Positions 16,891 through 29,680 of a stretch of DNA of 64,000 nt are shown piece after piece. Numbering within the stretch: position 1 is the stretch's first letter; each line of letters starts with the position of its first letter. The position numbers and the translations under genes are program-made. Below the pieces are notes generated by a model. The model was not told where the DNA came from, searched no databases, and saw only the letters and a list, made by a program, of their open reading frames with translations. Origin of the DNA: Camelus dromedarius (taxonomy: Eukaryota); assembly GCF_036321535.1 (NCBI RefSeq), contig NC_087436.1:120406001-120470000 (forward strand). Reading direction: 5' to 3'.

Positions 16891-19660
16891 TGAGGAGCAG
16901 GTGGGGCCAGTAGGCACTGTCTGAGCTCCTGCGCGGGTCAGACCTGGCCCTCAGGAGCTGAGGGTCAGTGAGGGTGGCTGACATGTAAATGTGACAGTGG
17001 GGACAGCAGCCATCAGGTAAAGGACAAACAAAATGGAGTGTAGTGGGGGTGGGGAGCCTTCTGGAGGAGGTGACTGCAAAATTAAGTCTCGAAAGTCAAG
17101 CGGGAGTTAGGCACAAAAATAGTGGGCTGAAGACATTCCCAGGGCAGGGGAAGGGTCATCATTATTCCCAGAGACCCGTGACCCAGCACAAACCCTGGCA
17201 CCTCCTCCAGGAAGCCTGCCAGTCTGTGTGGAGCTCTTCCCTTCCTAGGATCCTCACATTGCCTGGATGAGGTGGGTACTATTACCAATCCAATTCACAG
17301 AGAGGGAGATTGGGGCTTGAGGTGGGGTGCGACCTGCCCCAAGTTTCATAGTAGGGACACCCCACAAGCACCCCGGCTGAGCCTCTGCCCTGTCGGAGCT
17401 GGACGGTTAGGAGCTGGGACCTATTTTTCATCCATCTCTGAGCCTCGCAGTGGACGCAGATGAGGGTCTGGAAATGTCTCCGCTATCGCTCCCTCTGCAT
17501 GGGCAGAAGGCCCCCCATCACCCCCACTCCGGGTCTAGCATTGCACCAGCACGGCGTCCCTGCTTGTGTTGGTTGAGGGGTGAGGGTGCCCCAGCCCAGG
17601 TGCTGAGTTCTCCCCCTCCCCGCACCCAACGAATGGCATCTAGGAGCTGGGGAGGCCCTGGAGGACCCCCACTCGGTCGGTAACCCCAACCCCTGCCTGG
17701 CTATGCACTGGCGACACCTGGTGGTCAGAAGTAGTCACTGCATCCTTCTATGTCAGAGCCAGGCAGCGCTGGAGGATTCCATGGGCAGCCGTGACCACTG
17801 CAGCTGAGCCCCACTGAGGTCCAGACCCTGAGCAGTCCAGGCGCTACGTGGCTCAGGCCCTGTGTGATCCAGGCTCTGTACAGTCCGGGCTCTGTACTGT
17901 CCAGGCTTGTACTGTTCAGGCTCTGTGTGTCCAGGATTCGTGTAACTGGTTCTTCAAATACTTTGCTGCAGGAGGAGCTGGTACCCCCATAGGACAGACA
18001 GGGGACTGAGGCTCGGCACCGTCAGCTAATTTGGATAGGATTAGGAGAACGTGGGGGGCTTCAGTGCTCAGGACCCTGCAGCCCTGTGGCCCTGTGGGCA
18101 TGGGACTCTGGGACCCCACACCGTGTGACCCTAGGACCCTGCAACCCTGCTCACTCTCTCCGCAACAGTGCCCACCTTCCTGGGCTTGGAGTCTGGTGGT
18201 GGAACAGGACTGTGGCCGATCTCACCTGGGCTCCGACGCCTTGAGCCGTCTCTGCCCCTGGGCGGTCTGAGGATGGGGCCACAGCCAGCATGTACCACCC
18301 TCGTTCAGAGCAATTGGGTCAGTATCTCAGCTCTGAGCTGTGTTGAGATTCCTCAGCTCAAAACAAGAAGGGGAAACTGAGGCTGGGGAGATGAGCAGAG
18401 TTGCCCAGGATGGGGCTGAGGGAGCCGGGCCAGGGCCAGCTCCAGGTCCCAGGCGTCTGAGCTAAGCCCAGGCAGAACTCTCGCTCCCTCCAGGTGATCT
18501 GTCCACAGTCACTCCCAGGAGGAAGGAAAGGGCAGGGCTGCGGCTGAGGTCAAAGAGCAGAGAACCTTCCGCTTCCTTCCAAATGGGCTTCCAAGCCGCA
18601 CGACCACCACAGCTTTGCCGTGACCGCTCAGTCAGGGCCAGGCTGCCTTGGCCACGCTGAGGCTTCGGAATTCCGTCAGGGCCACCAGCGCCATGCTCCA
18701 TGTGTCCAGGAGGGAGAGAGGTCACCTTGCGCCCTGCGTGTGACCCAGGGGCTCCACTGCCTGGGACGGGGCAGGAGGAGGAAGAGAGGGCTGCCCTGGG
18801 GTCGAGGGGCCTGCGGCATCTTGCTGCTGGTCTCCCTGAAACAGGCTGCCTTTAGCCTGTATGTGGTAAGGTTTGGAATAGGAAAGATTTGGGTGTGAAT
18901 CCTGGGTCTGCCACCCACTCGCTCCTGCACGCATGTGTACACACACGCATGTGCACAGAGATGCACGTCCCTCTGTACTGTCCAGGCTCGTACTGTCCAG
19001 GCTGTTCTGGTCAGTTCCTTCCACTTTGCTGGGACGCCCCTTCCTCCAGGAAGCGCTGCCACCCACCCCAGGCGGAGCCGGCTTACCGGGGCCGCCGCAG
19101 GCCGCTGAGCCTCCCTCTGCACCAGCGCAGGCGCTCACGCTCACTCTTGCCCCTAGAAGCAGTTGTGTCTCCGGCTCCACGCGAGGCCCAGGCCCTGGTC
19201 GGCGCTGGGACCATGTTCACTGAATTTCTTCACTTACCTGCTTCAGTTTTCTTCTGGTCCTTGCTCTGCATGGGGGGCAGTGAGGAGCCAGGGCTGGTGA
19301 CTCTGGACTTTGTCCTTGGTCCTGGGAGCCATGGTAAACCCAGGATGGACAGGCTATGTTTGGGAGGACATCCCTGCCTGGGGATGTTGGGTTTGAGGCA
19401 AAGATGCATCTGATGTGGGAGCCCATGTCCTGGGGGAAGTCACGCCCCCTCAGGGTCGCAGGGGATGCGGACAGCTGACACCTGTGTGGTGCTTTGCTCT
19501 GGCCTGGTCCGGGGAAGGCAGCCGTGTGGGCATCGGTGTGGACATGTGCTGCAGGGTCATGCCATGGGGCGGGCCCTGCCGGGGGCCTCAGAGCAACTGG
19601 TCAGACCCACTTCAGCTCCAGGGGAAGCTGTAGATATCCCCCCAGAGGCCCCAGGGGTGA

Positions 19661-20311
<651 letters not shown>

Positions 20312-20403
20312 GCCCCATCCTCGCAGACATGGCCTCGGTCTGTCCCGGTGTCTCGGGTGGCTCATTCTGGGAAACAGAGGCACGACGCTCGGGGCCAAAT
20401 AGA

Positions 20404-20409
20404 AATAAA
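20404..20409 (+). terminator. Polyadenylation signal AATAAA of SH3TC1
   Basis: agaAATAAAtggttttt lies 93 nt after the stop codon and is followed by a T-rich stretch. Confidence 0.75.
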
Positions 20410-21259
20410 TGGTTTTTGCAGAAATGTCCTGGAGTCTGCAGGCTCCCCTCCCTGGGCTGCCTCCTGGGGAGCATCTGGGGACCAGGCTGTAGCCCTGGGG
20501 TCCACCCTGCTGCTGCACCCCGACCTCAGCTATGAGCGGGCAGGTTCCCCAGCCGGCCACTCACCATGCAGCCTCGGGCAGGTCCTTTCTTCAAACTTGT
20601 TTTCTTGCCTGTTAAAGCAGAGACAGTCGGCCATGTGATTCGCTGGGCGCCCTCTCCCTTCCCTGGACTCACCGCGTCCAGCACTGCGCTCTGCCTTTAG
20701 TCCTCACTCTGCCCTGCAAGCTTGGGACTGTTATCTCCACTCACAGTTGAAGAAACGGAGGCACAGAGAGGTCAGATGCGTGCCCATATTCACACAGCAG
20801 GAGGCAGGGGCAGAGCTCCAGAGCCCAGCGCAGTGACCACCGCACCACCCCACCAGCCTGACTCAAGTGATGTGTTCTATTAGGACCCAAGGGCGGGTAC
20901 ACGGTCCCAGACCTCTCCACCTTTCGTCTGTGTCCTGAAAGGGATGGAAACAGGAGAAGGGGGCCCAAGTGCTCCCCTATCCCGGTGTCCTCCAGCCCAG
21001 TATGGCCAGTGCCACTTCCAGCCCCTGGTCAGCCCTCAGGATGCAAGGTAGCAGAGCCTCCAGCCCTGCGTGGAGTCCCCGATCTGGGCCGCCTACCCCA
21101 GCCCTCCCTGCCCTCTCCCTTTCTTCCCAGCAACGAGCCAGGGGCCAGGAATCTAGGCAGGGTTGAAATTGCTCCCCAGTTTACAGACAGGGACCCGAGG
21201 CTCCGAGGCTGTGCGCATCCCAGTGGCTCGCACCCCAGGGCGCTATTCCAAGCTTCTCT

Positions 21260-21420
21260 TGTTAATGAGGTGAAACTCACATAACATAAAATGAGCCATT
21301 TAAAGCGAACAGTTTGGTGGCATTCAGTACATTCACAGTGCTGAGCAGCCATCACTCTGTCTAGCTCCGGAACATTTTCACGTCCCCTAAGAAACCTGTA
21401 CTTCCCATCTCCCGCCCCGA
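21260..21420 (-). mobile_element. Short L1MB-like 3' end fragment
   Basis: gaggtgaaactcacataacataaaat...gtggcattcagtacattcacagtg...ccatcac...gaacatttt matches the antisense L1M 3' terminus pattern. Confidence 0.6.
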
Positions 21421-21666
21421 GACCCTCATTCAACAGGCGGGAAGTGGAGGCCTGGAGAGGGCTCCCGGTGGGGCAGAGCCCTGGTCTGCTTCTGTGCCGC
21501 GGGGAGGCGGAGAGGCGGAGAGGCGGAGAGGCGGCAGAGCCCGGAAGGCCCGGGTGGGTGGGTTCGGGGTGGCGGGCAGGGGAGCTCGTCATCCCCCCTC
21601 TAGTCCTGGAGTTGGGGAGGGCCCCCAACTCCCTTGCCCCTCCTGCAGGCCCCGCCCAGGCCTCCC

Positions 21667-21681
21667 CCACCAGGGGGCAGC
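21667..21681 (+). promoter_or_regulatory. Candidate CTCF site CCACCAGGGGGCAGC
   Basis: Matches the CTCF core consensus CCASYAGRKGGCRS; about 1.3 kb downstream of the SH3TC1 polyA signal. Confidence 0.6.
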
Positions 21682-23609
21682 AGAGAGCTTTCCAGAACTG
21701 GCGCCTCCCCAGCCTAGCAGAACTGCCAACAAACATCTAACCTTGACCCCAGGCTGCCTTCTCTGTGGGCTGGGTGGGTTTGGAAAGTGGGGAGGAGTCC
21801 GCACTGTAACTGAGAACATGGAGACATGACGAAGGCAAGCGCCATCACGATCGCCCTGAGGGCACGTCTCTGAGGACAGCGACCTGCTGGGCAGCGTCCC
21901 CGGGCTGGGCCTGCGGCCAGGCCGCGTGGGGTGGGGCCGGCGGCCGGGTCACGCTTGGCCCTCCACCTGCCTTGGAATCCATGCCTTCCTTGACCTTCTA
22001 CCAGCTGCCCCTCCCGCCCGGGGTCCCAGCCTTGCATCCTGGGACCCCTTGCTCTTGGGCAGCAGAACTGGAGGCCCAGAGGAGGCTCTGGGTTCAAATC
22101 CCAGCCCCTCATTTAGAGGCTGCGGGGTTTGGGTTGAGAAAGCTGACTTCTCTGAGCTCGTTTGGTCACAACTCAAACGAGGCTGCTAATCTCAGGATCT
22201 GGGGTTGAACTGAGGATTCGAGGAGCAGAGGGCTCAGCTCAGTGCCAGACCCCAGGCTCAGTGTTGCCTGTTTCTTATTAACGGCGCTCATTACTATGGG
22301 AAGAGCTCCAGCCGCCACAGGCTGCAGAACACTGAACCAAAGTCTGAGTCACTCCTATCAAGTCGCTTAACCTCTCAGACCCTCAGTCTCTTCTTTGTAA
22401 CCAAAAACAAACCCTACCTCAAGGTTCTGAGCATGAAGACAGACCGTGTGCCGGCCACAGAGTGGGCATGCAAAACTGGGCAGCCAGCCAGCACCCCGTT
22501 TGTAGCCGAGGTAAGGAGCAGGTGGGTGGAGGCCAGCTCCCAGCTAGCTCGGGCCCCAGGCCACCTGGGTTCCAGTCCTGCTCTGCTCGAAGGCCGGGGC
22601 TCCGGGCGGCAAGGCCCACTGTCAGCAGAGTGGGTGTGAGATGGGCATGCGCCTGACACGTAGTAGGCACACAGCCCAGAAGCCCCACTGCCCCAGTTTT
22701 AGAAAGAGGGCCCCTCCTTTCTCATTCAGGTTCACCGTGTACTCACTGTGCACAAGCTCCAGGCGCAGGCGGAGCATCCCATGTGGGGATGGGGAACAAA
22801 CGGCCCCTCCTGGAGATAAAATCATGCTCCCTGAAGGCCCTCCACCCACTTTCCCGAACAGAGCAGGACAGCAACCTGCTCAGAGTCACACAGCCCCACC
22901 TCTGACTGAGGGGCCCTGGAGCTCCGCCCCAGCATTCTGTCCCCTCCTTGCAGACCATGTCTTTCTCTGCACCGGCTTCATCTGAGGTCCCTAGCTTTGG
23001 ATGAGGAAACTGAGGCTCAGAGAGGCATGGTGACCATCGCAAGGATGCACAGCATCTGTCACCTTCATCATCACGATGGAGCCACAGCAGTCCATCGCCT
23101 CCAAACAGCAGCTAGGTGGGAGATGCAGGGGTTGGGTGCGTCTCTGCTGAGCTCTCCCGGGCCAAGGTCTCCAGAGGTGGGCGAGCTCATCTCAGGGAAG
23201 AGGGAGCCCCCCATCAGCAGAAGGTCCAAGCAGGCCGCGGCGGGTCTCCCGAGGGCACGGAGAGGTGCGTCCAGGCCGGCCCGAGGGTCTGCAGGGGGCA
23301 GGATGCCCCGGGACGAGGCTCTGCACCGTCTGTGATGCCCTGTAGGGGAGCTTGCTAGCAGTCAGCTCGGGCTTCCCTGGGGGTCCAGTGCCCTGGGAAG
23401 TGGGGCTGTCAGTCACAGGCTGTGTAGCAGGTGTGGCCTGTCTGCTGGCAGCCAGGTGGGGGTCCATGTAGGTTCAAGCCTAGGCTTTGCCTCTCTCCAA
23501 CGTGGTGTGTCCTGGAGCACGCAGCAGTGGGTGCCTTTCACACGCTGATATGCCCTGCCCTCCCTGAGCTCCGGGTTTCCCATCTATAAAGGCGATGAAG
23601 ATTATGTTC

Positions 23610-24060
23610 CTTGGCAGATTGTTGTTATTCAAATAATAATTTGGGTGGGCCTGACCCAATCAGGCGAGCCCTTTATAAGAGGGTCCAACCTTCCCTGCAG
23701 GGAGAGATTTAAAGCCGCAGAAATTCTCCTACAGGCTCAAAGATGCAAACAGCCGTGGTGTGCTCTACCTATGGAGGGGGCCATGTGACAAGGAGCTGAG
23801 CGGTTCCTGGCCAACAGTCCTCAACAATATGGGGACCTTAGTCTTGCAACCACAAGGAACTGAATTTTGCCAACAACCACGTGGTGTGGAAGGGGTCCCT
23901 GATTCCCAGGTAAGATCACAGCCCAGCTGACACCTGGATTTCAATCTGCTGAGACCCTGAGCGGGGAACTGTGCCGCTTCGTGACCAAAGAAGGTAAGTG
24001 GGTGTGGTTTTAGCCACTACATGTGTGGTAATTTGTTATGAAGTACAGATAACAAACACG
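23610..24060 (+). mobile_element. MaLR MLT1-type LTR remnant
   Basis: gggtgggcctgacccaatca...caaccacaaggaactgaattttgccaacaacc...gagaccctgagc...ttagccacta...ggtaatttgttat. Confidence 0.65.
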
Positions 24061-25439
24061 GAGGCCACGGCCCAGGCGCCCCTGCAGCCCGGAGCCCCAG
24101 CTAGGAGGACCCACATTTGGCAGCCTGCCTGGCTGCCCTCCCCCGCAGACCTCCACCTGCACCTGCCCACCTGCCCGTGCTCTCCAGGCTCCACAAGTCT
24201 GCACGTGAGGCCTTGAGTTTCAGCTTCTGCACCAGGAGTTAAGGGGAGCGGGACCCCAGGCTCTCAGCCACCCTCCAGCCCAGCTGCACCCCCAGGCAGC
24301 CGGTTTCAGGGCGCCTGTCGCTGAGCAGAGGGCAGTCTTCTAGGGCAGGCCTGGATCCCTGGGGCTGATGGGCTGTGCGGGGCGCTGCTGTCCTCCAGGG
24401 GCAGGTGCTTCTGGCTGCAAGCAGAGCCCTTGCTCGCCTGGGCTATGCTCACCAGGCCAGCCCTCACCTCCATCCAGAACCAAAACCAGGATTTCTCCCC
24501 GTTTGTGGCTTCAGGCTGGGTTTGCACTGCATCCCGGGAAGAGGAAACGTGGGGTAGGGGTGTCTCCAGGAAGCAGGGGCGTCCCGCCCAGAGCACACAG
24601 CAGGCTCCGTGGCGGCTCTAGGCCCGTCTGCGGGGTGGGGTGGCATCTCTGGGGACCTGTCAGTTTGGGGAGGCCGTGAGGCTGGAGGAGGGCAGGGCTA
24701 GGATTCCAGGGAAGTCCGAGGGAGGGAGGAGCGGCTCTTACAACACTGACGTCTCAGGCTCCAGACAGGCCTGCCCCTCGGGAGGGGTAGCAGGGCTGGA
24801 AGATCCCTCACCAGGACGGGGACAGGCCCAGGAGCAGGACCCCCACCCCAAGGGGCAGAGCCTAAGTGGCTGCCACCCAGGCAGCAGGCCAGCAGGGAGG
24901 GCCCCGCAGCGTGCGCGCCGCAGGACGCTCTGTCCCGCACGAGCAGATGTGCCCGTTCCCAGCAGGGCCTGGATCCCGGAGCCGAGTGTGGGGGTGGGTG
25001 AGCCCTGACCTCGGCCCAACCAGAGGACATCTGCCTCCCAGGACGCTCCAGGGGCCCCGCCTGGGACGGAGAGGCCTAGGGGGGTGGCCCTGGGGGTTCG
25101 GGTTAGGAGGCTGGGGCAGCAGTGAGCTCAGCTGCCCACCTTGTGACCTTCGCAGACCCTCATGCCTCACCCCAGTCCCCAGTCAACAGTCGGGCAGATC
25201 TAAGGAAGACCCTAGAGCCACCGCCGTGGGTGCAGGAAAAACATCCCAGGCCCTCTCACCCCACCTTTGATGGGTACTCTTAGTAAACAAGGGCCGGACC
25301 CCCTCAGCCTGAGAAGGGTTTCCCGCCACATTGGGTGGAGCCTTAGATGTGTTCCCTGTGAGGTTGAGGACAAGGCCGTGGCCTCCACCGTCACTTCTAG
25401 TCAGCGTTGCGTCAAAGGTCCCAGGGAACGCAGCAAACC

Positions 25440-26545
25440 AAGGAAAAAGAAAAAGGTTCAAAGGTTGTTAAATAAGAAACAATGACCATTATTAATCGAT
25501 GATACAATTGTTTGCGTAGAAAACCCCAAGTGAGTCTCAGACAACTTTGAGGATTAATAAGAAGCCAGGTTTGCTGGAAAAAGAGTGGGGAGAAAAGTCA
25601 GCCTCTCTCCTGCAGACCAGCTGCCATGAGTTAGGGAGCGCTGTTTGAAAAATCGTACAGTCCAGGATATCAAGAACGTGCTGCGCCCAGGAGTGAACCT
25701 AAGCGACGCTGACTGTGATCCTGGCAGGAAAACCCAATGTGGCAAAAACGTCAGTTTTCTTCAAATTGGTGGACACCTTTGTGGCAATTCCAAAAACTCC
25801 CCCAGGGTTTGTGTAAGATTTCACGAACTGATGCTGAGATGTACATGGAAAGGCAAAATTTCAGGAACAGCTGCGACACCCCTAGAAAAGAGGAAAAAAT
25901 TGTGGAGGGAGGCCTTGCAGATCAGATCTCATGGTTTATTATAAAGTTATTTCATGAATACAGGGTCATGTTGAGACAGGGATAAATAAATAACTATGGG
26001 GAAAAATCGAAAGCCTAGAGTTGAACTACCCGGCATGTGGACGTGATACAAAGTGTGCAGGGCTTCTGGGAGAAGTCGCATGCTTCAGTAGCCACGGAGG
26101 GACTCCTTGTTGCCCACCTTTGAAACGGAATCCCTACCTCACAGCCTCCTCAAATACCCATTCCTGATTTAAAACCGAAATATGGGAAGTGGAAGTGATG
26201 TGAACCTCTTGAAAAAAAAGAATAGTTTCATGAGCCAGGGTGGCAAGGTATGTCTCTAACAAGACACAAATAGCAGGAGAGGAGAAGGCTGATGTTTGTC
26301 TCCATTAGAATTATATACCAGCGGGGAGGGTACAGCTCAGTGGTAGAGCACATGCTTAGCATGCACGAGGTCCTGGGTTCAATCCCCGGTACCTCCACTA
26401 AAAATAGTAAATAAATAAATAAACCTAATTACCTCCACCCCCCAAATAAAGATAAATAAAACAAACATTAAGAAAAATTTTTAAAAAGACAGCTCAGACA
26501 CAGCAGAAAAACAAGCCACAAGCTTGGAGAAGATACTTGCCAGGG
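25440..26545 (+). mobile_element. Ancient degenerate LINE-1 ORF2 fragment, interrupted by the SINE
   Basis: gatgatacaattgtttgcgtagaaaacccc reads DDTIVCVENP, like the L1 RT motif DDMIVYLENP. ELMLRCTWKGK resembles L1 KLILKFIWK. The + strand is A-rich. Confidence 0.7.
26323..26487 (+). mobile_element. tRNA-Ala(AGC)-derived SINE, camelid type (vic-1-like)
   Basis: Head GGGGAGGGTACAGCTCAGTGGTAGAGCACATGCTTAGCATGCACGAGGTCCTGGGTTCAATCCCCGGTACCTCCA has Pol III A and B boxes, followed by a (TAAA)n/A-rich tail. It sits inside an old L1 fragment. Confidence 0.85.
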
Positions 26546-28239
26546 GCAGCTGTCCCCTCCACACTGGCAGCCTGGGGCAGGCAGGAGAGTGCCCCACAGG
26601 GAGGGAAGGGGGTGGCCTGGAGCCTGGGGACACAGGTCCCGATGGCCCTGCAGGAGACAGGAACACAGGTCGGGGCTGGCGGGCTTCCTCTGGGAAGCTC
26701 AGGTCCTCAGACTACTGGGTAAGGATCCGTCTGCCCTCGAGGGCTGCTTTGTTCTGGGTCTGGGGTCTGGGGTCTGAGAGCTGGGTTTCACTTCCTTTGG
26801 GGGGTGTGTGTGTGTGTGTGTGTGTGAGGGAGGGAGAGGACTGGGGGAAGACTGCAGCAAGGACGTTCCCACCCAGGTCCGCCTGCCCCACTGCCTTCCC
26901 CCAGGGGTTCAGAAAGCAGCATCCCCGAGAAATGCCACTTAAAGGGACAGACAGGCCTCAGAAGGCAGCTGTTCGGGGCTCCTGGCACTTTCGACCATCC
27001 CCCTGGCCACGTGAGGGATCAAGGGCCCTGGTGGGACGTGTCCAAGGGCACACAGCCCAGGGGGTCTCAGCTCTGATGCTCAGAGCTGCACGCCTGTGAG
27101 CAAGTCACTCCCTCGGAGTTGTGGTTCCTCACCTGTAAAATGTGGATAATGATGTCCATTCCAGGGGTCCCGCAAGGGTCGCGGGAGGGTGTGTGGTAAA
27201 GTACAAGCTCTCAGCAAACAGCGCTGTTCTTGTCTTTTCCTGGAAAAAGGCTTGACAGCGATGACTCCAGGCCACACCCGCCCTCCACACCCCCTTTGCA
27301 CGTGCGTGCTCCCGTCCCTGCCTGGTGGGCCCCTACTGACCCTTCAGGACCCACTGTGAGTGGCCCCTTCTGAAAAGCCTTTCCTGGCATCATGGCCTCC
27401 TAGCTGGGACCCTCCCTGGCTCTCTACCCCTTACCATGCGGCGCTCACCACCCTAGACTGTCACCGCCTGTTTGCCTGCCAGGGTCCTGCTCACTGTGAG
27501 GCCGGGGTGAGAGGCGGCCTGCGTGGAGGCGGGGCGTGAGAAGGCCTCCGGTGCGGGCTGAGGCCGCCAGGGAGGAGGCTGAGCCCCAGGGGCCGGGGCT
27601 GGGGGACGACACAGCAGCAGGTGTGAGCTGTTAGGCTGAGAAAGGGCTTTGAACCCACGTGGAGGGAAACTTGGAGAACTTCCACACAGAACAGCATGTT
27701 CTTTTCTCTTCTCAGAAATCCCTTAAGCTCCTTTTTCTGGGGTCATATTTTTCGCCACGAGTTATTTGCATGTATTTTTTCCATAAGCGAGTATGTGTTG
27801 GACTTCCTGCCGCAGAGGCTGCCAGGCTGCTGCTGTTACCTGCGTGTGTGACAAATGCACGCTCGGGAGTCCCTGCTCTGACCCCCCGCACGCGCTCCGG
27901 GCGCAGGGAGAGAGCCCGGCTTTCTCAGGGTGAAGTGCCTCAGGGGCCCTGGGGCCGCAGCCCTGCCGGGAGCTGAGGCCCGGGGAGGCGGCGCAGGCTG
28001 GGACCCAGCGCGTGGCTCCCCACTCCCCGCAGCCGCGCCCCAGTGACCCTGGGGCGGTCGGCGCGTGGTGGGGGCTCCCCCGAGCAGGGACTCACACGCT
28101 GTGTGATGTTGTGACGTTGACCTTTGTTCCCTCTGCAGGATGCCCTGGAGGCCACCCAGGCTGTGGCGAGTATCAGTGCACCAGAAACTTCTTCCTTCAC
28201 GTCGGGAGCGGCGTCCACAGCGCAGACAGGACGGACACA

Positions 28240-28490
28240 CCGCAGGTGGCGTAACCATTCACGTGGGACACCTGGTCGACCCCGCTTTGGGCCAGCACCC
28301 GGAGGGCTGCTCTGAAAGACTATGTGCAGGTTTTGTGAGAACACAAGTCTTCGCTTCTCTGGGACGAACGCCCAGGAATGTGATAGCCAGGTCATGTGTG
28401 TGTGTTCAGTTTAGTTTTTTTCTTTTTCTTTTTTTTTTTTAAGAAACTTCCAGATTGTCTCCCAGAGCTGCTGCACCATTTCACATGTCC
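28240..28490 (-). mobile_element. GC-shifted old L1 fragment
   Basis: gtgcaggttttgtgagaacacaagtcttc...cccaggaatgtgatagccaggtcat...aagaaacttccagattg...gctgcaccatttcacat matches the antisense L1 ORF2-end pattern. Confidence 0.55.
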
Positions 28491-28859
28491 TGACAGGATT
28501 CTGACCAAAGCTTGTACCTCGGAGGAAAAATGCAAACGTGTTTGTTATCTTTGGTTGCCGTGGTCAAATATAATTTTTATTCCTTGTGTGTATATTTCTG
28601 CATCTTCCAAATTTTATGAAATACACAGATGTTTCATAGTATCCTGTTTGTAATCAGAAGAAAACTAAATTCTGTAAGAATTACTTGATAACATGAGAAA
28701 ATTTTCATGAAATCATGCTTTTTAAAAAGAAGGTACTCCAAGGTCTGCCGGTAAGATCTTAACTACGTAGCAAACTCGCATACGCTCCCCAAGACTCAAG
28801 ACCAGAGGGCTGCGCCCTCCCTGTCAACAAAGGCCGCCCTGACTGCTGGGGTGGGGGTC

Positions 28860-29310
28860 CGTGTTCGTTTCCTGGGCCTGTGATAACAAAGCACCACAAG
28901 ACGTGGTGATTTAACAGAGACTGATTCTCCACAGCCCTGAAAGCCGTAAGTCCAAGTAAGGGAGCCTGCAGGGCTGCTTCCTCTGGAGGCTCTCGGGGAG
29001 GAGCCTTCCTGGCTGCTCCATCATCTGGGGGCTCCAGGTGCTCCTTGGCTTGTGGCCCCCTCCCTCCGGTCTTGGCCTCCACCGTCACACGGACGTCTCC
29101 GTCTCCTCCTCCGTGCGCCTCTGACAGGGACGCTGGTCACGGGATTTAGCGCCCTCCCTCCCAGACCATCCGGGGCGATCTCATCTCGAGAGCCTCAGCT
29201 TAGTTACATCTGTAAAGACCCTCTTTCCAGATAAGGAAGTTCACGTTCACGGGGTCTGCGGTTAAGACATGGACTTAATCTCTTTTGGGGCCACCATCCA
29301 ACCTATTGTG
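28860..29310 (-). mobile_element. MaLR MLT1-type LTR remnant
   Basis: ttcctgggcctgtgataacaaagcaccacaa...ctctggaggctctcggggag...tacatctgtaaagaccct...ttaagacatggac. Confidence 0.65.
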
Positions 29311-29479
29311 AGGGAGTGACCTTAAAAAATGCCTGCATATTTTTTGCTACTTTCTAAATTATACACAATGGTATTTTATTATCAGAAGCAATCAGTAATA
29401 GTAATAATACTAATAAGAAATGAGTTACAATAACGTTATTTTTCCCAACTTGAGAAAGAGCCAGAAATTGATAGTTGAT

Positions 29480-29680
29480 ATTATATATAAAATAGATAAA
29501 CAAGTTCATACTGTGTAGCGCAGGGAACTATATTCAATATCTTGTAGTAATTTATAATGAAAAAGAATGTGAAAACAAATGTATGTGTGTACGTGTATGA
29601 TCGAAGCATTGTGCTGCACACCAGAAACTGACACCACACAGCAAACTGACTACACTTCAATAACAACAAAGAATAACAAC
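29480..29680 (+). mobile_element. 5'-truncated cetartiodactyl/camelid-type L1 3' end
   Basis: atatataaaatagataaacaag...agggaactatattcaatatcttgtag...tgtgctgcacaccagaaactgacac...gactacacttcaataa followed by an A-rich tail. Confidence 0.75.

Noticed and set aside
26325..26397. Functional tRNA-Ala(AGC) gene
   Set aside because: C at position 8, an acceptor-stem mismatch, a SINE-type A-rich tail instead of an immediate oligo-T terminator, and insertion within an L1 remnant all point to a SINE head.
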